In this document: positions 38,860 to 56,400 of the stretch, one piece after another | Layout of the letters: each line of letters opens with the position of its first letter | Numbering within the stretch: the stretch's first letter is position 1 | NCBI GenBank assembly: GCA_040954595.2 | Contig: CM082583.2 | Location: forward strand, 7,190,849-7,254,848 | DNA from: Balanoglossus misakiensis | Lineage: Eukaryota; Animalia; Hemichordata | DNA length: 64,000 bases | Reading direction: 5' to 3' | Program-made: the position numbers and the translations under genes | Notes under the pieces: model-generated | Told to the model about the DNA's origin: nothing | The model's database searches: none | The model's input: only the letters and a program-made list of their open reading frames with translations

Positions 38860-41800
38860 ACGAGAGTACGGGGAAGGGAAGGAAAATAAAAAAAGGGAAG
38901 ATATCAAATTTATACCCAAAAGTGAGCACATCACTTGCAATGCTATTGTGAGGATCTTCACAAAATTCACCACTATCCCGGAATTAGTCTTGTTGTTGTA
39001 TTTCCCTCCTCAGAGTTGAAAAAAAGACTAACTGTTTATGAGAAACAAGGAAGACTTCCATTTTATCGACAAAAAAGTTTGTTCATAAAAGAAAGACAAC
39101 AGGTTTGCAGGCAGTCAAAGGAAATACTTTCACTGCTGTAAAATCTGAATTAAAGCACTTTGTAAAACAGATCAAAGTCACTATTCAATTTTGGCGTGTC
39201 TTTCTGGGTGTGTTTGGCAGTGTTTCTGATTGCAACTTCAGATGCCAGACACACTGCGTAGTAAGAAAAAAAACAAAAGAATTGATGGTCATCATCTTGT
39301 GTTGTACCATGCAAGTCCCTTCCCAGACTTCCACATTTTAAATCCCTGTATCGTACCATTGTGCATTGGACTAGTCCGTCACATGGGTAAGAGGTTTCAA
39401 AGGTACAACATAGATGATGTAAACCATTCTTTAACCTTACAAAAAATATTCCTTCCTGTCAGAGTTAAAGTCTAGGCCAATGTAAGAGAATTGTAACTTC
39501 TTTGCTGAGTTGTATATTTACACATGTTTTAACATTACCAGAAACAGTTGTGTAAAATGTAATTTTTTTTTTCATATTGTCTCCTATTTATTTTCTGGTT
39601 TAAGTCCAAAGTGATCGCTTTTTGATCCAGAATTGGTTTGGTTTCCATATTTCTGTAGATTGCATTTTCTTAAAAAAAATAAGATGTGCATCAGTTGGCA
39701 TCTACTCTTATCCTAGCCTAATAGTGTTCATTACTGCTCGTTTCCAAAACCGTGGTTCAGTTGTGATGTATGTTGATGGCAGACCCTTGTTGGAACTTGT
39801 CAATCCTTTTTTGTATCTGGTGGTGCATTCGTATTTTGTAGATGATTCATAGTTGTGAAACTAGATATCAGAACACAACATAATCCATGGTAACACTTTG
39901 CTCACAAAAGTAACTAGAAAGTGACCCTCAGCCAAAAATAAGCACTAAATTGAACATAGCACCTACAATGAATTTAAGATGACTAAATTGTATATCATGA
40001 TAGACTGAGGTGGAAATTCACAAAAATGTGTGTGAAACATGGTGGTAATTAAGTGTCTTACAATAAAGCTTTCATTTTGAAAATCATATTTATGTTCAGA
40101 ATTCATTCTCAAAACAGAATGGCAAGTGATGTTAGTGTTTTATTTTAGTAAAGCTGTACAAACATAGTGACTAGATTAATACATCAGATTGCATTATATG
40201 AAAGAAAATAATTAGATTTTTTTTTTAAAGCTGAAGCAGTGAAAGGGAAAGGGGCACAATTGAAGCAATATAGTCTGAGTTATTTATTCAGTGTATTAAA
40301 AAAAATGAAAGATGCTCACATTTTTGCATCTAAGGTTGCTCTAGTTTATATTAAAATGGTTTTAGATTTCCGAGTGAATTACTGGAATTGTGGATGTACA
40401 TGTATATGAAATGAACATTGTATCTGATCGTTACTTCTGTAGGTCTTCAATTGACCTTTGACCCTTCAGGGGTTCATAGACCCCCTAACTTATGGTAGTC
40501 GGTCACCTGTGTATAACACAAACTGCCATTCAAATCAGAAACTAATGTAGCCTTTAAAAGTTGATAGATATAGTCTGGTGGTAAGAACCATGTTTTGTTG
40601 TACTTGATTTTTTTTCTTTCTTTTGCGCATTTCTATTGCAGAGACTGTAAATATGCCCCGTGGTTGCATGTGATTTCTGGGCGACTGTTTCCAAATGTAT
40701 GTAGATAAACTTATACATACCCAAAAGCTTTGTGGCGTGTACATGTGTGTTTCTTTAGTAGAACAAAATTTAATTCACATTCAGACTCAGTGGATCCACT
40801 AGATAGGGGATAACTTTCAGTGAATGGAATATAGCTGTGAAATTCAGACTTGGCAAGTTATAAAGCAGCCGGTGTCACATTCGCATTGACTCTCCCGAAC
40901 ATTTTTTACAAAGTACTTAAAATTTAACCACTGACAAAAAGTACATGAGGGAATATTATAAAACATGAACCAAGTACGTGGTCAATGACAAGCAGACATC
41001 CAAATTGAATGTGTACTGTGCAACTTCACGATTTATAGCGTATTTTGGAAAATGGCTGTTCACGATTATCTGGTATGATTCAAAGCAGAGGTCAGTGAAA
41101 TCTGACCGTTCACAAATCTGTTTTAAATTCCTTCATTAAATGGGTGACAATCTTCAAAAAGAAGTAGTGTTACAACAAACAATTGCGAGTTGATACAGTA
41201 TGTAGTAGAAATATGCAAATGTATGTTCAGTATTTACCTTTGCAAAGAGAAAAAAATATATAACTGTGCTAATGTATAAGTGATTAAATTGCTCATCTGG
41301 TTTCTGAAGGTTTACACATTTTATGAGAGCTGTTGTTTATTCGGGTTCCCGTCAAGTTTGAAATGCCTTTCCAGACTTTGTACATACATATACAGGTGTA
41401 GATGGGATTTGTATCTTTAACAAGTAATGTTAACAATCCACTGCATGGAATCGTCATGTAAGAGACAAGTAGTGTAGATAAAGGACATGAAGGATCCGGT
41501 TTTTGAAGAAAAAAGTTGTCAAATGTTTGGTGTGGTGATTACCTGGGGAAATATTGTCCAGAAGTGTGAGAATGGCAATAAACGAATGAATGTTACTGTA
41601 AAGAAAAGAAATGTGTGTGTTACTCAATATTAAAGTATGATCTACCTTGTCATCCATCCGATGTCCATTCAACAATAGACATCGGCAATGAGTAATATTG
41701 CTGAAGAAATAGTTTTCCTGGTAACTGCCAGGTGAAGTCAAATGAAATGACAGGCTTGAAATTGGTTAATTTTCTGTTTTCTTCAACAGACTAGTTTGAT

Positions 41801-42988
41801 TAAACACACAAATGCACAAAGACTATGAACTACACTTTCAAATTACTTTATTACACAACAGTGACAGGGGACAGACCTATGTACAATTTATTCCTGGTAA
41901 TGATCTTCAATAAACAGTCTCTCCAAACCCACAAAGATCTACCCTTGGCTTCTTTAAGTACTGTAAAATGCACGTGTGTGCTGAGTGGAAATTGCAAATG
42001 AGTAAATGTCACATGTAATGTCCAATCTTGTAGTTGTGCTTTGCAGCTAGTTTGAACTCACTTGGTTTAAATATTCAATGTGGGGGGGGAGGGGGGGCCA
42101 ATATTTTTATCAAAAACATACTGTGCAACACTGTAAAAGGTGCAAAACCACAAAGAGCTAGAAAATGGTTTATAAGTGAAGTTTAAAATATTGAAACTGT
42201 AACTTGTAAACAATTATGTAAAATATTATATACTATTCCTTTTAAAATTGCTCGATCATCCCATTTTGCTGAATTAAAATTACTAGTTACAGCTAGAAAC
42301 TATTTCCTGAAAAACATTTAATTTGTTTTCTTATGAAAAATGTGCTAGTACTTTATAGTAAACAGCCTCCAATACTCTGGTTTTGTCTCATCACAGCAAA
42401 CAAATATTATATATATTTTGTTTGTTTGAAAACTATTGTAAATGGCAAATATTTAGTGGTAGTATTGGTAATTTATGGTGATAATGTATCATTTATTTGC
42501 TAGTAGCAAAATCCAGCTGACCCTAAAACTGTAGATATAAACCAAAACACTTACTTCTAAACTCGCAACGTTCGCAGGTCAAAAACTTTCAAGTGTCAAA
42601 ACTTAGCCAAGTTGTTAAATTTATAAAATTCAAATATTTTAGGGAATATTTTTGGGGCCCTAATGAATTTACCATATAGGAACATCCCATCAAAAACTTG
42701 GGGGGTCTGAAGGGCGCCACCAAGTGGTGGAACTGTAAATACGCTAAAACGGGTACACAACTTCTAGCCTAAAATCAACATCACAGTTGAACACAAGTTG
42801 TATTCAACAATTGTAAAGGCCAACCAATTTTGTTGGAGATCTACTTTTTGCATTTTATGATTTTCCCCCTCTTTCTTATTCATCAAAATGAAGAAGACAC
42901 AAGCTAAATTCCACAGAATTTTGTAGCTTCAAGTATTTGCCTCTTCACTATTACAATTCTCACCCATCCACACACACTGATCTCGTCT

Positions 42989-45724
<2,736 letters not shown>

Positions 45725-45796
45725 TCACTCAACAATGGAGGGGTGTGTGTGTTCAATGATGGTGACAATGACCCTGTCATAATATCAACAAAAAAG

Positions 45797-45810
45797 GTTT
45801 CCATGGCAAC
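45797..45810. promoter_or_regulatory. RFX X-box GTTTCCATGGCAAC in the first intron of the ZNF474-like gene
   Basis: Exact match to the X-box consensus GTHNYY-AT-RRNAAC. Confidence 0.65.
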
Positions 45811-46432
45811 AACATTCATATGCAATAAATCAAATTCAGCATTATGGTATTTAACCTCGACATTCAATACAGTCAGCCAGTTTGTCCCAAGCACAGTCAT
45901 CGACATCCAAACTACCAAACTTGAAAGTCAGTCTACGTACGTAGGCTACATGTACATGTAGTCCAATCATTACACATCATACCGGTGTCCATTACACTAT
46001 GGTACATATGTTGAGTGACCGTGATTCAACAATTTTCTCTTGAGAAAATACAATCGGGTCTTACCTAAACCAAAGAAGCTAGTCTTGCCAAAACGCCGAT
46101 GAGGTGTTTGACATTGAGTTCAGCACAGGTTTACCAGTTACCTGCCTGCCCAGCCTCGGCCAGAAAGCTCTACATTCAGTGCGTCTTCGTCACGTCAACA
46201 ACAGTCAACACTTCATCAACATGTCAATACAACACCTCGCACTTATAATTGTGTCAGAACATTTGAACTCATTCAAATGATCATTGAAGAAAATATTAAA
46301 CCGCCACACCTATCGAAAACAGGGCTATTTCTCCGCGTTAAACACAATACAACGTCAGAGCTCTGCCTGGATACGTCATATAAACAGTTCGGAAACCAAT
46401 AACACGGTCGTTTACCTCAAGAGACTCGCGGC

Positions 46433-46469
46433 GCCGCCATCTTGGTAATTACACTGTATCCATAGAAAC
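46433..46469. promoter_or_regulatory. Promoter core: YY1-type GCCGCCATCTTG plus X-box GTATCCATAGAAAC
   Basis: Motifs at 46433-46444 and 46456-46469, in the CpG-rich interval between the divergent ZNF474-like and Hv-like genes. Confidence 0.6.
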
Positions 46470-47443
46470 ATTCCCAATCGCTAACTTGACTGGGGAGGCG
46501 CTCTTCCACTCACTGAATATCAATCTCCGACTGGCTGACTATCGACTTCTTGGGATATTAAATCAAAAAGATTTTGTTTGACTATGCGTGTTTTTTTCAC
46601 AGTGCAAAGAAAACCCTGACAGTAAGACAATACAAATAACAATGGTGCAACGGTTTTAGCGCCGTAAAGGACTGGACATTTTGTTGGAAAAATCATACCC
46701 AAATCAGGACCCGAATGACCGCAAAAAAGGTGCCAGATAGAAATCAAAGAGTGAAACAAATAATGACTAGTGGGTCAGGTACAAAATATAACGCTACCTC
46801 ACCAATCTTCCAGACCCTTCCCAGGATATCAAATGATCACCCGTTAAAGTAAGAAAAACTTCGTATCGACACGATCATCGTGTCGAAACTTGCGCCGCAA
46901 CCAATCACCTATATAGCAATATTGTGCACGATGGTCATACCATTACCAACAAAACCTGAAATTTATGTCACGGACACGATCATCGTGCCAAAAACACGAA
47001 TAAACATATAAGCATTTTGATTGCCGTTTCGCCCATGCTCTCAAAATCCCAGAAAACCACTGGTCACCACCCGCCCTCTGTAGCTCTAACGTACATAAAA
47101 TCACCACTATCTACGAATATACTACGAATCGTGTTGCACTGCATGCAGGCCACACCCAGTATAGTACCCGGTATAACAAGTGGTCACACGCACAATTTTT
47201 GCGATCTCCAATCAATATTTCAAGTTTTGTCACGACTTTGGTCGATGATAGGTTTATACCGAACATCTATTAAGCTGCGTCGTTCGGACAATTTAAAGAA
47301 GTAACATTATTATTTGCTGGCACGCGGTGTCGGAACTTCTACCTCCTTTGAATCCTACATCATGAAGCTAAATGATACGGTCGGACGACGAAGTAATGGT
47401 TCCGTCAAGGTGTTGAGGGCGCACTTTCGAAAAATTGTACACA

Positions 47444-50400
47444 ATGGCGATGACGGAAAGGTGTGAAGATCGATGTGATTCGTTTCTGTGATGTTTTTGA
47501 CTAATGCAACGTCTTGTCGCTTCGAAAACCCACACTCTCATGAAACTAACTGAGGACATTTCGTTTGTTCGTTCTGATTTCAGCTCGCTGGATACGGCGA
47601 GCCTGGCGAGAGATGGGCTCGACAGCCGATCGACGACGCCGCACAGCTTTAGCGAGTCCGTGGTGTATCATCGAAGACCCAGGCCTAAGTAAGTAGACTC
47701 ACTCCACGGGATTCCAGTTTATTTTAAGATAATATTAAGCGTCCGCTTATTTTGCCTCCGATTGGACGCACCGTAAGCGTAATCAGCTACCTGGTTTACG
47801 CAAAATGCTACTACACTACGCAAAAATTGCTACATTGTATTATGGCCGATTCCCTAATGTCTTCGGGTAATGTTTATAAACGAGCAACAGAGAATCGATT
47901 ATCGAGAGAGGGAATGTCAGTTATGGGACGAGAAAAAAACAGTGAATTCTGCCAAAGTCTAAAACAAGACCACTCAAACTCACTACAGCCGAAGAGTTTT
48001 GTGTAACCCCAATTTATGAAAAATTTCACTTTTTGTGTTTAATTCATTTTTCGACTGTTTGCCTTTTATTGACATTACAAGGCATGTAAAATGCCCGGAT
48101 GGAAGTCAATTACGAGTCTCAATGACCGTAGAGAGTATCAAACTCGTACTCATTAAATGTCGCAAAATTTATCAAGGCCTATCTAATGGGTTGTTGAGGC
48201 AGACATTTTATATAATGGAGAATTTGATTTTAACCTAGCAAAATCGACGCAGAATCTTAAGCGACTGTTGCTTCCACTAGATTATGCAATGTACTGTAAT
48301 TACCAGGCACATACGTGTAAAAATCTATTCAATCAACATCTTACCAAAGCCAGCCCATCTATTGTTTGCATTTCCTAACGCCTTTGTTTTCATTCACAAT
48401 TAATAAGATCGAAACGTCAACGACAAAAACAGAGACCGAACTCTAGCCCACGGTTTTATTCCGCCTGGAATGAAAGGCTATAACGTTAATGCATGGCAGA
48501 ATCATGCAAGCAGCGGTCTAAAAGGTAACCTTCGCCCGACACCATTTCCACCAACTCCGTAACAAGTTCCGCATGGGGGGTTTTCAATAGGGGCGGGCTT
48601 TTCAAGAAATCGTGACCGCATACAACACTGTAATGTCTGCTTGACCCGAAAATGCGCTCGGGCAGCGGAGTCAGGAGGGAAATATGTACAGGACCCCACT
48701 GTTTTTTGTTGTTGAGCCACAACAAAAAACACGCTCATATTGTGGCGGCGGTGAAAGAGTGAAATCAGACACTGGGGTAACCGATGAAGAAGCTTTTCAA
48801 GTCGGGTGGCGGACACCGGTGTAAAATGTCAGAACGTCACACGGTTGTATTTCAGCATCTTTTATGAGGCATTCAAATAATCAGGTAACATTAACCGCTT
48901 TATTCAATTCCAGCTGGTGTATTGAACCCAACACTAGCAGACGACATTCTAAACCTACTGGAGAAGTCATTCTGAACTTAGAGCGCTTGATTGATGCAAT
49001 CGTAGCTTGTTACTCATTTAGTGAAACGCTCAAAATAATCAGCATCCCAAGTAACACTGTACGTTAGAAAACTGGACGTAAATTTATTTTCAAACAGTCC
49101 AACTATTTTTCACCAGGAATTGGGCAATGAAAATAAAATCAGGGTGTGCCAGAGTACATTTACTTCTGAAACTGATAGTGATACTAATATTTACAGCCCA
49201 AAATCGCTTTTACTAGCTTCCAGAGCAGAAGCCATGATATGGGGGACCCTGTTTTGTATTTACGATTTGTATTTGGTCCAGTAAACATGTACAATACAAA
49301 TGGCATACTAGTATTACTACATAGAGAATTGACCCGATTTTTAATACGCGAGTTCAACTTTTTATTAGCTTGGTTTTTGCTTTCTACCATCATAATAAAT
49401 GTATAATTATTGGAACATGGCAAAAGTGAAGTGAAAACACTACAGTGACCATGTCTGTGTATTGATGGATTTGCTCCCTGTTGATGGAGGATACGTAACA
49501 CAGAGAATATGGATTGAAATATAGTCGACCATTAAAAGCCTCAAGGGTATCAGGACATTTATCAAAAGCCAGTGTTTGATAGATTTACCTGCAGATATCT
49601 CATGACTATTGCATTTACAAAACTCTAGGGGGACGTGGGCGTCCGGTGAAACTACATGTACAAAAGACGAACTGAACCTCACAGCTGTGATTCGTGTTGA
49701 CAGGAAAGCTCAGTGAAATTGAGTGTGGTGATGGTTTGCTTGATAACTCAGAAGTCGTAGTGTTTAAAGATTTTTCCCTCTGATTTTCTGGTCCACGGGG
49801 ATGTGTTATCTCGCAGCAGTCAAAACAAACCCACGTCCATCAACAGAACGTCTTTCCAACGAAATGTCGCACATGTACTTCATGGAACATTTTCGCCCCA
49901 AATTATCATTGAAAATGATGACCAACTGTGAATTTTTTCCCGGGATAAAATATCATGTCAACAACAGGAAATGAATTTCACTGTTTGAATCTGTGTTGCT
50001 AGGAAAATGTGTATTGTTCTGTAAATTCGGCACTTCGTTTTACTAATCTGCGACTTTTTTGTGATTGATTCAAGCATGTATGTTTCTGTTCGTTTCATCA
50101 AGAGTTTAACCGACCAACCTTGTAATATGATCATTACTGAATGATAAACCAAATATTGAGAATAAACTCACGGTTGGGGATGGCTTCTTTGTATGGTTGT
50201 AGTGTGCGAACACAGGGGGGTATTGAATTAATATCATCATGTAAAAATATGTGTCCCTTTATATCATTTAAAAGGCGTTTGATTCAGCGCGATTAAAGCT
50301 GTTATATGTAACTTTTGTTTCAATGGCATCATAATCTTGTGTTAAAATTGAACCTTTATAGAGAAAAAAATGTTTTGCAATTAATTTCATCACTACATGT

Positions 50401-53400
50401 ACCTGTCAATCACAGGATAATGCTTACGGGGTTATTGAGTTCAGTCTATTCTTATTTTGAATTAACTGCCAACCAACTACCCCTTTAAATTGTACAAAAA
50501 TATGAAAACAAATATGTGGATTACTTTTGCCCCATAGTGTGTCAGCTTTGTAGTATGCCAAATCGCAGACATTAGCTGGCAGCATAAAAATAGACAATGA
50601 GTTAAAACATAATTTATAGCCATATCGTTAAGTACAAGCAGCCATTTGAAATATTAAAATGATGGATTATAATTTAGTTTAATTGATTAATTACCAGCCC
50701 CCTTCATTTGTTCGTTGAATCAACAGGTGGTTCTTGACAACTCAAAACCAATGAATTGTTCAGTAAAACCACATTGTAAGAGTCACTAGCTCACTCTTTA
50801 ACCCGTAGAAATCCAACTTTGCCATGGTGTGACCCATGTGCCCTCTAAGTAACAGTGGAACCACCACATTGCCCTCTAATTTAGGGGGTATTGACCCCCT
50901 AAACCTAATCTCAAACACTGCTGGGAATGAGGCTCCCCTAGGTTGCTGATGAAAGTTGAGTTATAAGGTCCGACACTTGGAAAAAGCAGCATGTTTGCAT
51001 GCATTAATAAACGACAACCACTTCGCCTTTTCTGTCATTCTAATACTGCAAACAATAAATAAAAAATGGGAGGAATAATCTACCACAAGTCACAAAACAA
51101 CAGTTACTCTTATTGTGCAATAAACTCCCCTCAAAAGAACACCACCTCCTGTAGGCTAATATATCAGAATAAATTAAGACTGTCAATGGGGAAAGAGTAC
51201 TGTGTCTGTTTCACCATTGTTGACTTGCTAATGTTCATTTCTTTGTTGGATGGTCCTAGAGGGAAGACAGGTCAAAGGTCATGAAAGAGTGAAAATCTCT
51301 CTGAACACGATGTCACAGATTCATTTCCTTCTGTTTTGCAATGTCCATAGCCGCCAATTGCTGTTACATTTGAATCCATGTGTTTACTTCCTGATGTTGC
51401 AAAAATCCCCAGTTATGCCCAAAAAATCACTCCAACTCTTAAAATGTATAATTATTTTTATAATGAGAACATTGATTTGATTATTGGATTTTACTATTCT
51501 ACCGGTATATATGATACGACCTTGCAAGAACACATGTGTCAAAACAGATTTTTGTTGTTGCATTGAATGTACACCTAAGAAGCAACCGGTGATTTGAATT
51601 CCTGTGAAGCCATGCCATGCACCTTTCCTTTCATGCACCAACTTATTTGTACTCAGAAGTCATCAGAAAAACCAACGAGTCAACTCGTGAGAATGACGGC
51701 GTGAAACAAACATATATGTCAGGAATTTTATCCCCACAATGAATCCTTGTTCGCTTCTCTGTACTGCCTCTTTTGGCCAATGAAACTGGATCTTTGTAAA
51801 GTTGTTTTCGGTTACAGCATGGCTCAGTCATCACAAAAGTGTGGTATGAACTTCTGTCTTGTAAAGCGCGGGTAAATCTTAAGACTGAAATTTTCGACAT
51901 TCCTTCCCCATTTCAGGGCTTTGTGAAATTCTGATGTATTTGTTTATTGTTCGACATTTGCTGATAGCTGTCCACTTTAATATGAACAGCTCTGCAAACT
52001 TATTTCCAAGGGATGCAGTCAGTGGATCTGTTGTAATTAATGTGTTATGACATCATCAGATGTTGCAAGCTAATATGTAAGTGTTCCTTTCCTGCAATGT
52101 ATCCGCTTACAAGCATCCCAATCCATCAATTTCATGGGCAACAATGGTGAAAACAGTAAAACAAATACCATTGACTAAGAGGCCATCGACTTCACACTAT
52201 GATAAATGAAGTGATGACATCGTATGATATATTCATTCAGACTTTCGCTCTCGTACGTGTGACTGGTGGTTTTTGTCAGTGGTGTTGAAAAACAACAACA
52301 TTACTATTCCAACAAGGGCCTGTTTGTGTGCTCTCACATCCATTAGTATAATTACCTGCTGAATGAGATCATCTCTGTGTCACAGTGAGGTCACTTGACC
52401 ACATTGTCAGCTGTGTAGTGGATACATGTGCAGGTAATGCCATGCCATACAGAGCTCAACTGTGAGGTGTTAAACACTTATGACTTTGAAATGATATAAA
52501 AGATTTTTGGTTATCAGTAGTCTACAAAATGTCAAATTTTAAGCAAAAAAATGGACAGCTCATTCTAACAATTATTAGTGTTCTAATCACATGCCGTACA
52601 TTTTTGGGGATCTATCCTGGTTGATACCACCAATAGGGATGACCCAAATGAGGGATCATTGTAATGATCATATGAAAGGAAAATTACGATACTGGTTAAT
52701 TTTTCCAATCAGGCAATATTGACGTCATCTCTGGATGTTTTTGCTGGGTTTGATAATAAACATGTCAAGGGTATGATTAATTTAAGTAACTGCGTGTACT
52801 AATGCCAACTGACCTAATTAGTGTTAACTTTTTAATGAAGCGTAAGATATGTTTGTTCAATAATTGTCAGATTTTGATATCTGATGTGTAATGGTTTTCA
52901 CTTTTAACAAGGGAGAGATCCATGGTGCCATGCATACACGCTTTCATGAAAAAATATCGATTTATGACTATTTAATCAATATGACCATTATCCTTGCATT
53001 AATTTACTAATTAAACAACTGGTATAAATGGAATGAAAGGAACATTCATCACGCTCTTGTCTATTTTAATTAACTGATAATTATCTAACGCTCTTGAACC
53101 TGAGCCAGGAGCAAATTGCTTAGGTTACCTGTGTCAGTTTGTCCAGAAATTCCACTATCATGATAATCCAATTATTTTATCTAAAGCCTATTAAAGTGAT
53201 ATCCCAAAATACTCACTAGAATACTATTGAAAGTGAAATGTGTGAATTTCTACATGTTTGTATCAATCGTGTGAATTGACACCATTTCCATTTGAATAAA
53301 AGAAGAATTTAAAAAAAACCTGACATTATTTAATTCCTCCAAATCCAGCAGCATTCGTTCAGAAAAAAATAATCACTTGATCCTCAACCTCTATAACGAC

Positions 53401-56400
53401 ATTGCCTGCCTTTCTATATTGTAATATATACTTCCCATGAATTTAATACCAGAGGTTATTTACAATTCTATAATCAGGCACATGATGTGACTAAAAATAC
53501 CCTAATCTAAATCTAACCTTAGTGAAAATCACTTACACAAGTACATTGCACCTCAGGTCTGTATTGCACGGTTAATTATCTTAGTATTAACAGTATATAT
53601 ATGGATTAATCTTGTTAGGAAGGCAATAGTTGATGATCAATATGAAGTCTGGATCTTGAGAGCCTAATAGTCAAAACCATTTTGCCTTGACCGACTAGCA
53701 AATCAGTGACGCTTATAAAATATGCTATACTGAAATAGTAAATACATAATGTCTTTGCATTTATAGTCACACTAGAACCATCAAATTTTATGCTTCCTGA
53801 TATATTAAATTTTTTAGGAAATGTGAAAAGACAATTTGACCCTTCATGAAAATTGTATTTTAGTAAAGGATCAAAAGATAAAATGACTAGTTTAAATATG
53901 ATTCATGTTAATAATTAAGCATATAAGATTAATAATTGAAGCCATAATATTGATATTGGCATGTACATGTATTACATTATCATGAAACTGAATGAAAAAT
54001 GCTAAAAAATAATAGAATATATCCTTTGCACTGTTACTCTTCACAGTGAAAGAAAAAATGTCAACACAGTTTTGCTATGACAGTTGTGTCACAAATGATA
54101 CCGGATCAAATGAAATCAATGTAGGTCATAGGTCAAAGTTCCTGATGGACATTCTGACTAGATATTTATGAAAAGGTATGGGGGTGGGGATTATAAGTAA
54201 TATAATTTAATATATTAAAGCTGGTGTCAACACTGCATATGCCCTGCAAACCACACACTTCAAGTTTGAAGTGTTTAAAACATTTATCTTGTCGACATCA
54301 AAATTTCAATAAGTTTAATCTCTGCTTATTGTGTTTAATCTTGCAGATACTGCATGGCCCTGGAGAGGTTTATAAACAGCGCCATCATCCAATGGCTTGT
54401 TATATTATTTGCAGTACTTACGTGTCTCCTAGCAACCACAGAGCTTCTTCTTGCCTATCACTGCTTCAAAATAGGTCAGTCAACCTCCATCTGCAAATTG
54501 CCTAATTTGGTTCTCACTGCAATATTTCGCTAGAAAACAAAAAACAAATTAGAGTTTCAGAGTGATTTATTGTCATATACACCTATAAAAGAATCAATAA
54601 TGGAGAATTTTTCTTTTGGTTTTAATTTAGAAGTTTCAAATAGTGGCCCTTTAAATTTTTTTGTAAAATGCAGGAATTAATCACAGTCACTGACTGTGAA
54701 TTAATGTATGATTCAGTTCTCAAACAATAACATATGTGGATGTGTGTTTTTGAGGTGAAATGTGCGATTCAGTTTCCAAACAGGAAAACAACAAGACATG
54801 CATTGTGGTCTTTGTTGTTCTATTTTGCAGAATCTCCACACAAAGAAGAAGCATTGGGGACAGTGCTTCATTATGTTAGTTTCATGCTTTTACTTGTCTT
54901 TTTATTAGAGGTAGGTGGTTTTTTTTTTTTGTTACTTTCTGACCATGATTAAAATGATAGAGTTAGACCAAACATGGCATTGGAAGGGTAAAAGCTCAGC
55001 TGCATTTCCCAGCAAACCATGCCCAAGTCAGTAAAGTACACATAAACAAGAGTGATCAATTTGAATCTTGGTTCAAGATAACAAAAGGACATTGCAAGAG
55101 CTGTTTGTGTACCCATAGCGCTAAGATTACTTGCAAGGCAGTGCAAAACAATTCAAGTCAAGGACTCGGTGGTCGAGCATATAGACAACAACTTAATTCC
55201 AAATATGTTTTCTCAAATCATTATGTGCCTCCTAGTCCTACATTGTTTATCCATCTTTTATTTTCAGGTTCTCCTGAGAGTATGTGCAATGGGCGTTTGT
55301 TATTTTCACCAGTCATTAGAGGTAACGTGTGACGTCTGTTTTCTTTGCGCATTCCAGACACTGGCTTAGAGTTTCCAAACACGGAGGAATTTCAACTGTT
55401 TTCCCTTTCTCTTCCTTGCTTTGTTGGATGCAGTACTATGTGGTGACTTTCAGCTAGGGGTCTATAAATTAAGGCCCTGTCAAAACAAACTGGGATGTTA
55501 TTTGTGGACCATGAATGGTCACCTGCACTGAAGATAGATGACTCAGAGTTGTGTCAGGCAATGACATCTTTAACATGGCCATTCAAAACATGTTTTTCAT
55601 TCAACGTGTGAGGTCTGAGAACATACTACGACATTATTACAAAATTATAGAAGACGCATTTTCCCTTCATAATATGAACTTAAGTGGATTGTGTGTGCCT
55701 ATATATGATTCTCAGAAGAACATAGCAGTGTTTTGCTAGTGAAATATTTTGCCCTGGTAGATATTAGATGTTAATCAGCAAATAAACATAATAAGATCAA
55801 TGAGGCTACAGCTCCGTCGGTCAACCCGAACGTAATCATCTGTGTCATTTCCATGGCAACTAAACACAAGTAGCTTATTTTTCTCTCCCCTCTTCAGGTA
55901 TTTGATGGTTTTGTAGTTGTACTGGCATTTACATTAGATTTGTCCCTATGGTTGGCAGCTGTGGGTCACCCTGCTGCATACGCTGCCACATTGGTCATTA
56001 TCTTGAGGCTGTGCAGGATACGAATTGTCACCAAAGGTAGGTTTGTTACGGGGAATCAACTCTGAGGGAAATTTAGAAACCACTGCACCTACTATTTTGT
56101 AAAAAGTCACAGCAATAGGTTCACATAGGTTTAAACTTTGATTTCACTGCATGCACAGAAGTGAAAATCTGTTCAATTTTAGGTGGTTTAAATTTTAATT
56201 CAACAGGTGTATATTATAAATAGGTATTTGTACAATTTGGCATTGCACACCATACCCCACAGCATGTAACCCCTGTCACCACTATGGTTTGGTCCGTCTC
56301 TGTTGTTCTCAATGGCAGTGCAGGACCTTTCTATTAGAAAATTGGGTATTAAAAAGGGGTTGAGGGGATTCAGGCAGACTGTGAATGGTTCAATTGTTGA

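Noticed and set aside
48408-48523. Exon-like segment (RNVNDKNRDRTLAHGFIPPGMKG..., donor AAG|gtaacc) in Hv-like intron 2
   Set aside because: Its open frame is incompatible with the phase-2 junction joining exon 2 to the S1 exon; the compatible frame has a stop; the acceptor is weak.
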